A DNA stretch of 64,000 nucleotides from Candidatus Aminicenantes bacterium (GTDB taxonomy: Bacteria; Acidobacteriota; Aminicenantia; JAMOAD01), in NCBI GenBank assembly GCA_035403085.1, contig DAONEM010000005.1, positions 14,515 to 78,514 of the forward strand, in the 5' to 3' direction. Made by a program: the position numbers and the translations under genes. A model generated the notes under the pieces. It was given only the letters and a program-made list of their open reading frames with translations. It was not told the origin of the DNA and made no database searches. This document shows positions 38,347-48,359 of the stretch, in pieces; position 1 is the first letter of the stretch; each line of letters opens with the position of its first letter.

Positions 38347-41300
38347 TCACGCCGGAGAGGCCTCACCGGCGCTTCGGTCGATAGAGAAGATCGTCGAGAC
38401 TCCAGGCTCTTTCATGGTGATTCCGAAGACCGCGTCGGCGACCTCCATGGTCTTGGGGTGGTGGGTGATCAGGATGAACTGGGTGGAGAGCTCGTAAGTC
38501 TTGAGCAGCTTCTTGAGGCTTTCGACGTTGATTTCGTCCAGAGGGGCGTCGATCTCGTCGAGGACGCAGATAGGGGCCGGCTTTAACCTGAACATGGCGA
38601 AAAGGAAGGCCAGGGAGGCTAAGGCCTTCTCCCCTCCTGAAAGGAGTTGAAGGTTTTGGAGCCTCTTGCCGGGGAGCCTGACGTTGAGCTCCACTCCCGT
38701 GTTGAGGAGGTCTTCCGGGTCCAGGAGGGTGACCTCCGCGCTGCCTCCGGGGAAGAGGATGGCGAAGACCTCTCTGAACCCTTGGTTGACGGCTTCGACG
38801 GTCTCGGAAAACCGTTTCTTACTCTCTTGGTCGATCTTTTCGATGATCTGTTGCGTGTTCAGGATGGATTCTTCTACATCGACCTTCTGCTTCGTGTAGA
38901 AATCCGTTTTTTCACGGAACTTGGTCAACTCGCTCTCGGATTCGAAGCGGACGTCCGCGAAGAGGTCGAGCTCTTCCTTGAGCTCTTCACACTGTTTCGT
39001 CAGGTCTCCTTCGTCGCCGGTGCAGGGGTTGCGCAGAAGCTCCTCCCTGTTCAGTGTCAACTCGTTCCAAAGATTCTCTTCCAAGTTGATGAGATCACGT
39101 TCCAGGGCCGCTTTCTCTACCTCTTTCTCCCCTTGGGAGGCGGTGAGCTGAGAGATCTTACGGGCGAAACTCTTGACGCTCTTCTCACGGTCGTCCATGA
39201 GGGCCTTTAACTCTCCCTCCCGACCGAGAACCTCAACGAGCTTGGCCTCCTCTGCTTTCAAGAGGGTCAGGGCCTCTCCTTTCTCCCGCTCCTTCTCTTC
39301 CTTCTCCCCCTTCAGCCTCTCCCGTTCCCTTTCCAGGTCCAGAGCCTCTCTCTTCCATTGGCTCTGGTGGGCTTCTTCGGTTTTTTTCCTCTCCTTGAGC
39401 CCTTCGGCCTCCTTCTCGAGGGAGATCAGCTCCTTCTCGCTCTTGGTGATCCCCTCTCTTCGCAGGTCCACCTCTTTGAGCCTCTCTTGGCGGGCTTTCT
39501 TCGCGTTCTCCCATCGGCTTTCGCTCTCCCTCTTCCGGGCCAAGAGCCTCTCCTCTTCGAAGGACAACTTCTCGATTTTCTCTTCCAGGGCCAGAATCTG
39601 GCCCTCCAAGGCGGCCTCCTCCTGTTCGGCGGCGAGAATCTCCTTGTTGACAACCCGGAGCCGTTCCTCCATCCCTTCCGTCTTCACGGCCAGGAGCTTC
39701 TTCTCTTGAGCGATCTTCTCTCCCCTCTTCTCTTCCTCTCTCTGACGCTGTTCCCAGAGGGCGACATCGTTAAAGGCTTCGCTCTTCTGCTTCCTCAAGG
39801 CTTCGGCGGCGCTCTTCGCCTCATCCCGTTCCCTCTCCCTCTCCTTGAGACGGGAATCCAGGTCCCGAAGGCGTTCCTTCAGGAGGAGGAGACCCTGCTT
39901 CTCCCCGCGGGTGACCTGACCGTTGTAGGAGAGGAAGTAACCGTCGCCGGTTATGAAGTTGCGGCGCCTCTTCCTCCATTCGACGACGGCCTCCTGAAGG
40001 GATGGGGAGTGCTCGAGGGGGGGGAGAAAGTCCAGGGATGGGGAGTCGATGTACTGGTCGTAGAGGGGGCACCGTTCGACTTGAGAGAGGATGTAGGCAC
40101 GTTTCGGGTCGTGTTGAATCTCTTCGCAACTCTGAGCCGGACTCAGGTCGAGAAGGGATTCGAGAAACCAGGAGAGGGCTTCCGGGAGGTCCCCCTTGAG
40201 GGAGATCTCCTTGCCCAAGGCGAGGGAGCGTTTCTTCAGGATCTCTTCGGTTTGGCGGTGGTACTCCTTGCTCAGGGCGGAGACCTTCTCGTAGTGAAGT
40301 TCAGCCTCTCTCAGGGCGGCCTCACACCCTTCAGACTCCCTCTTCAGCCGTTCCCTTTTTCCCTTGGCCTCCTCCAGGGGTTTGCTGAAATCCTCGATAC
40401 CCTGGTCACTCAGCTCCTTCCCCTTGGCCAGCCAGAGGTCTCTCTCCTTCTCCCACTCCTGGACCATCTTCAGGGAGTGCTCCCGCTTCTGCTTCGAACT
40501 CTGAAGCAGTTTTTCCAGGGAGACTTTTCTGTTGGAAAGGTCTGTCTTGCGGGAGAGGGCTTCCAGGTAGAGTTGGCGGTGGTCCTGGACCTCATCCTCC
40601 AAGACGCGCTCACCTTCCTCCTCCTTCTCCCACTTTCTCTTCAGATCTTCCAGGGCGCTCTTCTCCCCCTCCCATCTGGCCAGGACTCCCTGGCGAAGCG
40701 AGACGATCTCCTCCTCTCTCTTGGCCATGGCGGCGAGGTTCTTGCCGCTCTCCTCTTCCCAACGGCGGTTCTTGGCCAAAGCTTCTTCAACCTCTTGGCT
40801 CCTCTTCCCGTTGGCTCCGAGGAGGTTGATCAGGAGGTCCCTGCGGGAAGTGCATCGGAAACAGCTCTCCCTTTGAGCCTTTACATCTTCTTGAAGGGTC
40901 CAGAAGGAGGAGTTCGTCCGGGCCAGTTCGCTCTCCGCCCCCTTCTGCTGAATCCGGAGCTCTTCCAGGCGCTTCCACATCTCCTTGACCGCTCCCAGAA
41001 GTTCCTCCCGCCTCCTCTCCATCCCCTCCAGACGAATACGGTAGAAGGATCGGCGCAGGTCGCGGTACTTCGTCTTCAGTGTTCTGTAGCGGAGGAGCTT
41101 CTCCCACTCCTTTTCCCAAAAAAGCCTCTCCGTTTCGACTTCCTTGAGAATGTTCTCAACCACGGTCAGGTTGTTCTGGCTCTCGATGAGCTTGAGGGTC
41201 GCCTCCCTCTTCTTCTCCCTGTAACGGGAGATCCCCGCGGCCTCCTCCAGGAGGCTTCTCTTCTCCAGGGGGCCCATGGTGGCCAGACTTCCCACCATCC

Positions 41301-41718
41301 CCTGTTCGATGAAGAAGTAACGCCGGTCCCCCAGACCAAGGGAGTAGAGATCGTCGGTCAGGTCTTTCAGGCGAACCTTCTGGGAGTTGATCCGAAAGAC
41401 CGACTCCCCGTCTCTGAAGGATTTCCGTAAGAAGACCTTCTCTTCGTCGTCCTGGGAGAGGGTGAAGACCAGAGAGACCTCCGCGGAGGCCATAGGCTTA
41501 CGCCTGTGGTTGCCGTTGAAGATGATGTCTTGTGTGTTGGTCCCCCGGAGAGTGGAGATCCGTGTCTCTCCGAGTCCCCAGAGGAGGGCGTCCAGCACGT
41601 TGCTCTTCCCGCTCCCGTTGGGGCCGATGATCACGTTGATTCCCCTCTTCAGGATCATCTCCTGACGGTCGGGGAAAGATTTGAAACCGAACAGGTCGAT
41701 CTTTTTCAAGTAAGCCAT
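38347..41718 (-). CDS. smc: chromosome segregation protein SMC
   Basis: N-terminal Walker A (IIGPNGSGKSN), long coiled coils, C-terminal signature and Walker B; 1123 aa. Confidence 0.9.
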   Translation of the reverse strand: MAYLKKIDLFGFKSFPDRQEMILKRGINVIIGPNGSGKSNVLDALLWGLGETRISTLRGTNTQDIIFNGNHRRKPMASAEVSLVFTLSQDDEEKVFLRKSFRDGESVFRINSQKVRLKDLTDDLYSLGLGDRRYFFIEQGMVGSLATMGPLEKRSLLEEAAGISRYREKKREATLKLIESQNNLTVVENILKEVETERLFWEKEWEKLLRYRTLKTKYRDLRRSFYRIRLEGMERRREELLGAVKEMWKRLEELRIQQKGAESELARTNSSFWTLQEDVKAQRESCFRCTSRRDLLINLLGANGKRSQEVEEALAKNRRWEEESGKNLAAMAKREEEIVSLRQGVLARWEGEKSALEDLKRKWEKEEEGERVLEDEVQDHRQLYLEALSRKTDLSNRKVSLEKLLQSSKQKREHSLKMVQEWEKERDLWLAKGKELSDQGIEDFSKPLEEAKGKRERLKRESEGCEAALREAELHYEKVSALSKEYHRQTEEILKKRSLALGKEISLKGDLPEALSWFLESLLDLSPAQSCEEIQHDPKRAYILSQVERCPLYDQYIDSPSLDFLPPLEHSPSLQEAVVEWRKRRRNFITGDGYFLSYNGQVTRGEKQGLLLLKERLRDLDSRLKERERERDEAKSAAEALRKQKSEAFNDVALWEQRQREEEKRGEKIAQEKKLLAVKTEGMEERLRVVNKEILAAEQEEAALEGQILALEEKIEKLSFEEERLLARKRESESRWENAKKARQERLKEVDLRREGITKSEKELISLEKEAEGLKERKKTEEAHQSQWKREALDLERERERLKGEKEEKEREKGEALTLLKAEEAKLVEVLGREGELKALMDDREKSVKSFARKISQLTASQGEKEVEKAALERDLINLEENLWNELTLNREELLRNPCTGDEGDLTKQCEELKEELDLFADVRFESESELTKFREKTDFYTKQKVDVEESILNTQQIIEKIDQESKKRFSETVEAVNQGFREVFAILFPGGSAEVTLLDPEDLLNTGVELNVRLPGKRLQNLQLLSGGEKALASLAFLFAMFRLKPAPICVLDEIDAPLDEINVESLKKLLKTYELSTQFILITHHPKTMEVADAVFGITMKEPGVSTIFSIDRSAGEASPA

Positions 41719-41769
41719 GGCTATGGTCCCTCTATTATAGGTGAAAAGGGGGAAAGGGAGAAGAGGGCC

Positions 41770-43218
41770 TCAGCCCAGTGTCGGTAGGGAGACCTCTACA
41801 CAGGCTCCCCCTGAGGGGGAGTTGAAAGCGCGGACCGAACCCCCGTGCTCGGAGACGATCTTTTGGGTCAGAGGGAGACCCATCCCTTTGTTCAGATCGT
41901 TGACTTTCGTGGTGTAGAAGGGGGTGAAGATCCGCTCGAAGTCCTGAAACCCCGGCCCGTTGTCCTCAATGGTGAGGGTGATCTCCTGAGCCTCTTGCTG
42001 GCGGGAGAAGATACGGATGGTCCCTTTCGCCAGGTCTCCCTCCCTCAGGGCTTCCCAGGAGTTGCGGACAAGGTGGGTGAAGACTTCCCGAAGCTGGGTG
42101 TAGTTGCCGAAGACTCTCAACTGAGGGGGAATCTCGATGCGAACGTTCAAGGAGGAGGGGAGTTTGAGTGAGGTCACAGCTTCGACGACCAGACAGGCCA
42201 GAGAGAAAGAGGCCTTCGTCACCCGGGCCTGAGAGCTGAGGGATGCCATCTGGTCGAGAAGGGTCAAGATCTTTTCGGCGGAGGCGTAGATTTTTAAGAT
42301 CTTCTTCTGCCCCTCTTCGCTGAGCTCTTTCATGGAGAGCCACTCCTCTGTCGAGGCGATGAGGCTCCGCAGAGGGAGCTGAATCTTCTCGTTCACATCG
42401 AAGAAGAGCTTCGTCATCATCTCCTGCTTCTCCGAGAGGATGAGCTTCTCCTTGGTCGTTTGGAACTCCCTCTGGAGCTCTTCTATCCTTCGGATGTTGT
42501 CGAGCAACCGTCTCCTCCTCTGGTCGATGGTCTCTTCCAGAAGGGATTGGTACTTCTCCCGGTCCTTGAGGGCGGAGCCGACCTGGGCGATCAGGTCGTT
42601 GATCAGAGAGACGATGGGGTAAAGCTCCGAGGAGGAGGCGATCTGAATGGGTTGAGGCGTGTCCGAGAGTTCGAGCCTGCTCGTGACATCCTGAAGTTCT
42701 TGAAGGTAACGGCGGACAAAGACGGCCAAAAGGGTGTTGATGACCAGAATGAGGAAGAGAGAAGAGGAGGCGAAAAAGAGACCCGATCTCCAGAGGGGGG
42801 AGGAGATCTTGCGGGGCGAGACGGCCAAGAGGACCTGACCGAGGTACTTCTGGTTGTGGTAGATCGGCGTCTTGAAGGAGAGGGGGGGCAACTTCTCCCG
42901 ACTCCATCCCTTCGCGTAGGGGGAGGAGAGAATCGCCAGAGGCAGCCCATCCTTGTCAGAGATCTCCATATAGTCCAGGGAAGGGGTGAAGAAGAGAGAG
43001 GACTTTCTTTGAATCTGGGCGGGGTTGAAGAGCCAGAGGGGGATACGCATCTCTTGGGCGACCAGAAGTCCTGTGTCCCTGAGAAACTCCCGCTGGTTCC
43101 TGATGAGGTTGTTCTTCTGGACGTTCAAGAAAAAAAAGGTGGCCGCCAGGAAGAGGAGCGAGGAGAAGAGGACCGAAAGGATGAGGATACGGCGACGGAT
43201 GCTTTTGTAGTGTTTCAT
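41770..43218 (-). CDS. sensor histidine kinase (HisKA + HATPase_c)
   Basis: N-terminal TM, second TM near residue ~150, H-box region, and G-boxes (IEDNGPGF..., ...GMGLPL). Overlaps SBP gene by 4 nt. Confidence 0.8.
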   Translation of the reverse strand: MKHYKSIRRRILILSVLFSSLLFLAATFFFLNVQKNNLIRNQREFLRDTGLLVAQEMRIPLWLFNPAQIQRKSSLFFTPSLDYMEISDKDGLPLAILSSPYAKGWSREKLPPLSFKTPIYHNQKYLGQVLLAVSPRKISSPLWRSGLFFASSSLFLILVINTLLAVFVRRYLQELQDVTSRLELSDTPQPIQIASSSELYPIVSLINDLIAQVGSALKDREKYQSLLEETIDQRRRRLLDNIRRIEELQREFQTTKEKLILSEKQEMMTKLFFDVNEKIQLPLRSLIASTEEWLSMKELSEEGQKKILKIYASAEKILTLLDQMASLSSQARVTKASFSLACLVVEAVTSLKLPSSLNVRIEIPPQLRVFGNYTQLREVFTHLVRNSWEALREGDLAKGTIRIFSRQQEAQEITLTIEDNGPGFQDFERIFTPFYTTKVNDLNKGMGLPLTQKIVSEHGGSVRAFNSPSGGACVEVSLPTLG

Positions 43219-44717
43219 CGGTTAGGTAAGCGGATCTCTCTAAAATCGTAGAATCCGAAGGAGGAGATAGGGAAGGAGAGGACCTCTTTGCCGGCCAGAA
43301 TATGGATCGGAGGGTAGTAGAGGGGAAGAAGGGGGATCTCCGCCCGGATGTGGGAGAGGATCCTCTGGACCTCCTCTCGCTTCTGGCTGTCCGTGAGAGA
43401 GGAGAGCCGTACGAGGGAGGAGGTTACCTTGGGGTTTGAGTACCCCCCAAAGTTGTACTGTCCCTGGGGGGAGAGGAAGTCTTGAAGAAAGGCCTGAGCG
43501 GGAAGAAAACCCGCATCGGGGTTGTGGGTGATAAGGTAGAGATCAGCTGGGTTGGAGGCACTTCCGGAGCGAACCGTCCTGACATACTCTTCATGGGACT
43601 GGACGATAAGCTTGGTGGGAATCTTCTTCTCTTTGAGAAACTCGAGAAGCCTTTTGGAAAAGCGCTCTCTCCCGCGGTAGGATGTGGTGAGTACGGTGAC
43701 CGGCCGGTAGGGTCGTCTCTTGAGGATGAAGGGGCCTTGCCCTGGCTTCGATTGGGGGAACGGGGCCAGGGAGAAGTACTTCAACCCCATGGAAAGAAGG
43801 CCGTAAACAGAGGATGAAGAGAGCTTCTCTTCCGCTAAGACCTTAGGGATGTCGAACTCTTCGGCGATGAGGCGGCGGAACTCGCTCCGCCGACCCCAGG
43901 GACGATGGAAGTTGAAAAAGAGGTATTCCACGGAGGTGGAGGGGGTCTGAAGGTGGCGTGAGGAGCGTTCCCACCCTTGAGGAGGGTCGAAGTTCTCCTC
44001 CAGGAGGCAGACTTCGTTGGCGGAGAGGGCCCTCTGCCGGGAGTAGGGGCGAACGGTGATGGTCCGCGGCGCGTGAGGCAGGGGGATGAAATACCGGGGA
44101 GAGAGTCCTAGCAGAAGTTCATGGGGGGAGGAGATCAGGATTCGGTAAGGCCCGCTTCCGATGTACCCGCCGGGACCTCTCTTGAAGATAGAGAAGTTGA
44201 TATCCGCTAAGACGTAGAAGAAGTGAGGGTCAGGGCGGATGAGGGTGAAGCGGAGAGTCGTGGGGTTCAGGACCTGAATCCCTCTGACCTCACTCCGCCT
44301 CTTCTTGATGAAGTCGGAAAAACCCTCGAGAGAGGCGACCTGCGGGGAAAAGTAGGGGTTGAACCTCTCCAAGGAGGTCTCAAGGCTTCTCTTCACCGAG
44401 GCGGCGTCCAGGGGGGAGCCGTCTTCGAAGGAGATCCCAGGGCGGAGGAAGAAGGTAAAGACCCTCTTGGAGGGGTCGATCTTCCAGCGGTAGGCCAGGT
44501 CGGCCGTCAGTGTGCCGGTGCCATCGAAGGAGACGAGACGGCTGAAGAGGTTCTGTACGAGGTAGGAACGGCTCGTCTCAAGGATGGGGAGGCGGACGGT
44601 CTCCCAGCTCTTCACAGAAAGGATCAAATCCGCTTTCGTGGGCAAGGCGGAAAGAGTTGAAGAGAAGAGAAGAGAGAGGAGCAGAAGAACCCGGAGAAAG
44701 AGACTCTGCGCCGCCAT
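43215..44717 (-). CDS. ABC-type substrate-binding protein (family 5-like), secreted
   Basis: Signal peptide (Met at 44717), ~500 aa periplasmic solute-binding fold pattern. Translationally coupled to the HK. Confidence 0.55.
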   Translation of the reverse strand: MAAQSLFLRVLLLLSLLFSSTLSALPTKADLILSVKSWETVRLPILETSRSYLVQNLFSRLVSFDGTGTLTADLAYRWKIDPSKRVFTFFLRPGISFEDGSPLDAASVKRSLETSLERFNPYFSPQVASLEGFSDFIKKRRSEVRGIQVLNPTTLRFTLIRPDPHFFYVLADINFSIFKRGPGGYIGSGPYRILISSPHELLLGLSPRYFIPLPHAPRTITVRPYSRQRALSANEVCLLEENFDPPQGWERSSRHLQTPSTSVEYLFFNFHRPWGRRSEFRRLIAEEFDIPKVLAEEKLSSSSVYGLLSMGLKYFSLAPFPQSKPGQGPFILKRRPYRPVTVLTTSYRGRERFSKRLLEFLKEKKIPTKLIVQSHEEYVRTVRSGSASNPADLYLITHNPDAGFLPAQAFLQDFLSPQGQYNFGGYSNPKVTSSLVRLSSLTDSQKREEVQRILSHIRAEIPLLPLYYPPIHILAGKEVLSFPISSFGFYDFREIRLPNR

Positions 44718-44821
44718 GAAACCACTATAAGACAATCCAGGAAGGGTGTCAACAACCTGGGGTTTGACTTGCCTTGGCCTTTTCATTACAATGTTTTTCT
44801 GCGAGTATGAGGAGAGGGACG

Positions 44822-46735
44822 ATGGAAGGTTTCTTCAGAAAAACGGTCAAGGTGGTACTTCGCTTTGTCTTCCTGGGGGTGGCCGGAGCATGCCTTCTCC
44901 TCCTTTCCGGTTGTGCCGGGCCCGTCAGAGTGGAGTACCCCGGAGGAACTACACTGAAGGCGCCTGTGATCCGAGTCGGTCTTGTTCAGGGGGCAGAGGC
45001 CTTGGAATTGGGATCCACGGGCGGGATGAGGATCTACAAAGGGATGAACCTTCTGAGGGACTATCCGGCCGGGAAGATTCTCTGTGTCCCAGTGGAGGGA
45101 GGAATCGAGGTTCGATCGGGGGAGGAGAGGAGCAGGGTCTCCGAGATAACCCTGGTCCCTGAGAGAGACTCTCTCCTCAAGTCTGGAGAGCGGACCTACC
45201 GGGGGCTCTTCACCCTGAGCCTCCGAAACGGCAAGCTTTTGTTGATCAACCTCCTCTCTCTGGAAGATTACGTGCGGGGGGTCCTGCCCTACGAACTCTC
45301 TTCGGAGAAGTATCCGGAGATTGAGGCCCTTAAGGCTCAAGCGGTGGCAGCGCGAACCTACGCCCTCTACACCCGGGGGAAGTTCGAAGCCCAAGGGTTC
45401 GATATTTGCAGTACCGAAGAGTGCCAGGTCTACGGGGGAACCGAGCGGGAAACCCTCCTTTCCAACAAAGCCGTTGAGGAGACCGAGGGAAAGGTTGTCG
45501 TTTACGGCGGCTCCTTTGCCAAAACGCTCTATTCCTCTACCTGCGGCGGCCATACCGAGAGCAACGGCGCGGTCTTCCTCGAAAAGGAACTGCCCTACCT
45601 TGTGGGAAGGCCTTGCCAGTACGACAACTTCCGCCTCCAGTGGATCCGCACATCCTCTTCCTCGGGCTTTCCTCCCGAGATCGGCTTGGCCCTGGCCCTA
45701 AACCTTGTGGACGACCGAGCCATGAAAGGCTTGGACCTTCCTCTGACTGCGTCCAAGGCGGAGGAGTATTTCGGCAACCTGGGAAAGATTACCGGTCGGG
45801 CCTGGAAAGGAAGGGTGGAGGGAACGACCGTTAAGGCCCTTCTGCCCGTTTTCGACCATTTTTTCTCCCTCCGGGAGAAGTCCGGTAAGGAGCACGGCGA
45901 GGCGGCTCCGGAGGAAAGGGTTCTCCTCTATCTCCAGAAGAGGGGCTTCTCGGGGGAGAAGGGGGAGGCTCTGGAGCGGCCTCTCACCTTCCGGTCACTC
46001 CTGGTCCTCTCTGGGCGTCTTTTCATGGGGAGCTATACGATCTTCACGGAAGGGACGTTCCTGAAGATGGGGAAAGAGGGGCTCATCTTTCAGGAGAGAG
46101 GGGCCCTTCCTCAGAGTGGGAAACCCTCGCCGGCGGTGGAGAAGGAGTACTCCGTCGACCCTGCGGCTTTCCTCTACCGCGATGCGGAAGGGGTTGTCTC
46201 TCCGGCGACACTTCTCTTTCTCACCGGCGCCGAGAGAGTTCAGTTTCTTGAGGTAAGAGGGAAGATCCTCTTCATGAAAGTTCTCTACCCTCCCTTCTTT
46301 TCCAATCCGGATTCCAACAGCCTCTACCCGTTCTGGCATAAACGGTACTCCCGGGATGAGCTTGAGGCGAGGCTTCGCCAATATATGACCCTGGATAGGC
46401 TTGTCGACATCGTCCCGGTAGCCCACGGGGCCTCTGGAAGGGTCACAGGGTTGGAGGTTCAGGGAATCGAGGGCTCCAAGAGGTTCGAAGGGATAAAGAT
46501 CAAGACCATCCTTGGACTCAGAGATCTCAACTTCTTCTTGGATAGAGAGTTCGGCCCCTCCGGAGAGATAACGGGGCTGACCTTTCTCGGGCGAGGGTGG
46601 GGCCACGGTGTCGGACTCTGCCAAGTCGGGGCCTACGGGATGGCCAAGGAAGGTTCTAAGTACAAGGAGATCCTTCTCCATTACTATCCCGGTACCCGGG
46701 TGGAGAACCTCTCGAAGGTGGAAAAGAGGGAGTAA
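44822..46735 (+). CDS. SpoIID/LytB domain lipoprotein
   Basis: Lipobox LLSGCAG; SpoIID-like core (AQAVAARTYAL... and ...STCGGHTE). Confidence 0.7.
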   Translation: MEGFFRKTVKVVLRFVFLGVAGACLLLLSGCAGPVRVEYPGGTTLKAPVIRVGLVQGAEALELGSTGGMRIYKGMNLLRDYPAGKILCVPVEGGIEVRSGEERSRVSEITLVPERDSLLKSGERTYRGLFTLSLRNGKLLLINLLSLEDYVRGVLPYELSSEKYPEIEALKAQAVAARTYALYTRGKFEAQGFDICSTEECQVYGGTERETLLSNKAVEETEGKVVVYGGSFAKTLYSSTCGGHTESNGAVFLEKELPYLVGRPCQYDNFRLQWIRTSSSSGFPPEIGLALALNLVDDRAMKGLDLPLTASKAEEYFGNLGKITGRAWKGRVEGTTVKALLPVFDHFFSLREKSGKEHGEAAPEERVLLYLQKRGFSGEKGEALERPLTFRSLLVLSGRLFMGSYTIFTEGTFLKMGKEGLIFQERGALPQSGKPSPAVEKEYSVDPAAFLYRDAEGVVSPATLLFLTGAERVQFLEVRGKILFMKVLYPPFFSNPDSNSLYPFWHKRYSRDELEARLRQYMTLDRLVDIVPVAHGASGRVTGLEVQGIEGSKRFEGIKIKTILGLRDLNFFLDREFGPSGEITGLTFLGRGWGHGVGLCQVGAYGMAKEGSKYKEILLHYYPGTRVENLSKVEKRE

Positions 46736-46762
46736 GAGGGGAGGAGGAGCTCCCCCCCTCTT
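46734..46762. terminator. putative bidirectional terminator hairpin between convergent genes
   Basis: AAGAGGGG (46734-46741) pairs with CCCCTCTT (46755-46762) around a 13-nt loop, followed by a T-containing stretch. Confidence 0.4.
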
Positions 46763-46770
46763 CTTTGCAG

Positions 46771-47070
46771 CTACCCGACGAAGATTTTGTCTTTGAGCTT
46801 CAGAAAGGTCTTTTCCCCGATTCCCTTCACCTTCATCAGATCTTCGATCTTCTGAAAACGTCCGTTTTTTGTCCGGTAATCGAGGATTCTCTGGGCGGTC
46901 TTCTCTCCGATCTTCGGTAGAGTCACCAACTCTTGAACCGTAGCAGAGTTAAGGTTGATCTTCTTGACCCCTGAGGGTGGAGTGGGGCTCTTCTGAGCCT
47001 GGGCGATCAGGGGCGCGGCGAGAAGAAAGAAAACGATGAAAAGGGCTGTCACAGAACGGGTTGTTCTCAT
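46771..47070 (-). CDS. comEA: ComEA-like helix-hairpin-helix DNA-binding protein
   Basis: Signal peptide then INLNSATVQELVTLPKIGEKTAQRILDYR...GIGEKT tandem HhH. Confidence 0.75.
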   Translation of the reverse strand: MRTTRSVTALFIVFFLLAAPLIAQAQKSPTPPSGVKKINLNSATVQELVTLPKIGEKTAQRILDYRTKNGRFQKIEDLMKVKGIGEKTFLKLKDKIFVG

Positions 47071-47351
47071 TTTCCCTCCTTGGTAAACGCGGAATACCTT
47101 CCGACGTCAAGAGCCGTGCCAGAGAAAAAAGGGGGGGAAAAGGCCGTAGCGGGGGCGAAGCGTAAAGTTTCTTTTCCTCTTTCAGGGAGGGGACTTTACA
47201 AACATCTCGATGGCGTTTCCGAAAACGTAAAGAAAAGTATTCGTTCTCTTCTTTTGAGAGAGAAAAGAGGAGGAAAGAGCGGGGAGAGAGCATATCTGCG
47301 GCAGGAAGAGAGTTGGCACCGTTGTTGCCTAACAAAAGAGAGGAGGCGGCA

Positions 47352-47678
47352 ATGGAAGGTAGAGGGGAGAGAGGCTTCACCCTGTTGGAGACGGTGGTGG
47401 CATTGGCTGTTTTTGCGGGAGCCCTTCTTTTGCTTGTGCGGGGGCTGGGGGCTTTGGAGGAGCTTCGACGGCGCTCCTGTTGGGAGAGGGAGCTCTTCGA
47501 GCGGCTGAACAGTATGGGGGACGGGCTCCATTTTCCTGAGGGTCGGGAGAGCTGGAGGAACCGCCCCCTCCTCTACTGCCTGGAAAGGATCGAAGGGGAG
47601 GGGACGCTCTACTCCCTAGAGGATTCCAAGGGAAGGAGGAGGTACCTCTTCTTCCGGTCCGACCTTTTCAACCTTTAG
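47352..47678 (+). CDS. prepilin-type minor pseudopilin (GspI-like)
   Basis: AGGAGG RBS then ATG 47352; GFTLLETVVALAVFA class III signal/methylation motif. Confidence 0.6.
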   Translation: MEGRGERGFTLLETVVALAVFAGALLLLVRGLGALEELRRRSCWERELFERLNSMGDGLHFPEGRESWRNRPLLYCLERIEGEGTLYSLEDSKGRRRYLFFRSDLFNL

Positions 47679-47687
47679 GAGGAGAGG

Positions 47688-48359
47688 ATGAAGAAAGGAA
47701 TCGGTCTTGTGGAAACGTTGGTCTCTCTCTTGTTGGCGTCTCTGATGATGGCTTCCGCTTGGAGCCTTCTGAGAAGTGTCACCACGAGGGGAAAAGAAAA
47801 CATGCAGGTGAGTGGCGGTTTGGCGGAAGGGCAGACGGTCTTTTTCCTCATCGATTCCTTGGCCGGCAGGTGCGGTCAAAAGATGGGAGACGAAGAGGCC
47901 CTGGAGGTGGAAGCGAAAGAGGTCTCCTTCAAGAGCGCCATCGCCCTCCTCTCTCTTCAGGAGAGCGCTCCTGCGGGGGCGGTGGTTCTCAAAGGCCGCA
48001 TCGAAGGGTTGAGAAAAGGGCAGAAGATGCGCCTGGGAACGGAGACCCTGGAAGTGAAAGGGACGGAGGGGGAAACCGTGACGCTGGAACTCCCCACAAC
48101 GAGAGCCCATGGGGTCGGGGAGGTGGGACGGGTCGTGAAAAGCCACCGGTTGAGCGTTCGAGGGGAGGGGCTTGCGCTCAAGGTGGATGGGGCTCCCTTC
48201 CAGATGCTGACGGAAGAGATGAAAAACCTCTCCTTCCGGCTCGATTCGGGGCCAACCCTCGTCTTTCAAGGAGAAGAGCGGAGGGGAAAGGAGTGGCGGG
48301 AGTTTATCTTCTACGCCGGACTCCCTTTTCTAAGAAACAACGGCGGAGGCCTCCCATGA
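47688..48359 (+). CDS. prepilin-type minor pseudopilin (GspJ/PilW-like)
   Basis: KGIGLVETLVSLLLASL N-terminal prepilin helix; 223 aa. Confidence 0.5.
   Translation: MKKGIGLVETLVSLLLASLMMASAWSLLRSVTTRGKENMQVSGGLAEGQTVFFLIDSLAGRCGQKMGDEEALEVEAKEVSFKSAIALLSLQESAPAGAVVLKGRIEGLRKGQKMRLGTETLEVKGTEGETVTLELPTTRAHGVGEVGRVVKSHRLSVRGEGLALKVDGAPFQMLTEEMKNLSFRLDSGPTLVFQGEERRGKEWREFIFYAGLPFLRNNGGGLP

Noticed and set aside
39358-41430. 690-aa ORF antisense to smc (and 178/187-aa ORFs at 38647-39709)
   Set aside because: Leu/Pro/Gly-rich composition, no motifs; mirror of the coiled-coil codon periodicity of smc on the other strand.
47071-47351. 280-bp non-coding leader upstream of the pseudopilin operon as a possible ncRNA or riboswitch
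   Set aside because: Purine-rich (GA) low-complexity sequence with no convincing conserved stem architecture by eye; more likely promoter/UTR. Kept only as part of the pseudopilin finding.
47759-48355. N-terminal 199-codon extension of the GspK-like ORF
   Set aside because: Out-of-frame overlap with the GspJ-like gene, Arg/Gly-rich translation; a proper prepilin-like N-terminus starts at the internal ATG 48356 overlapping the upstream stop.
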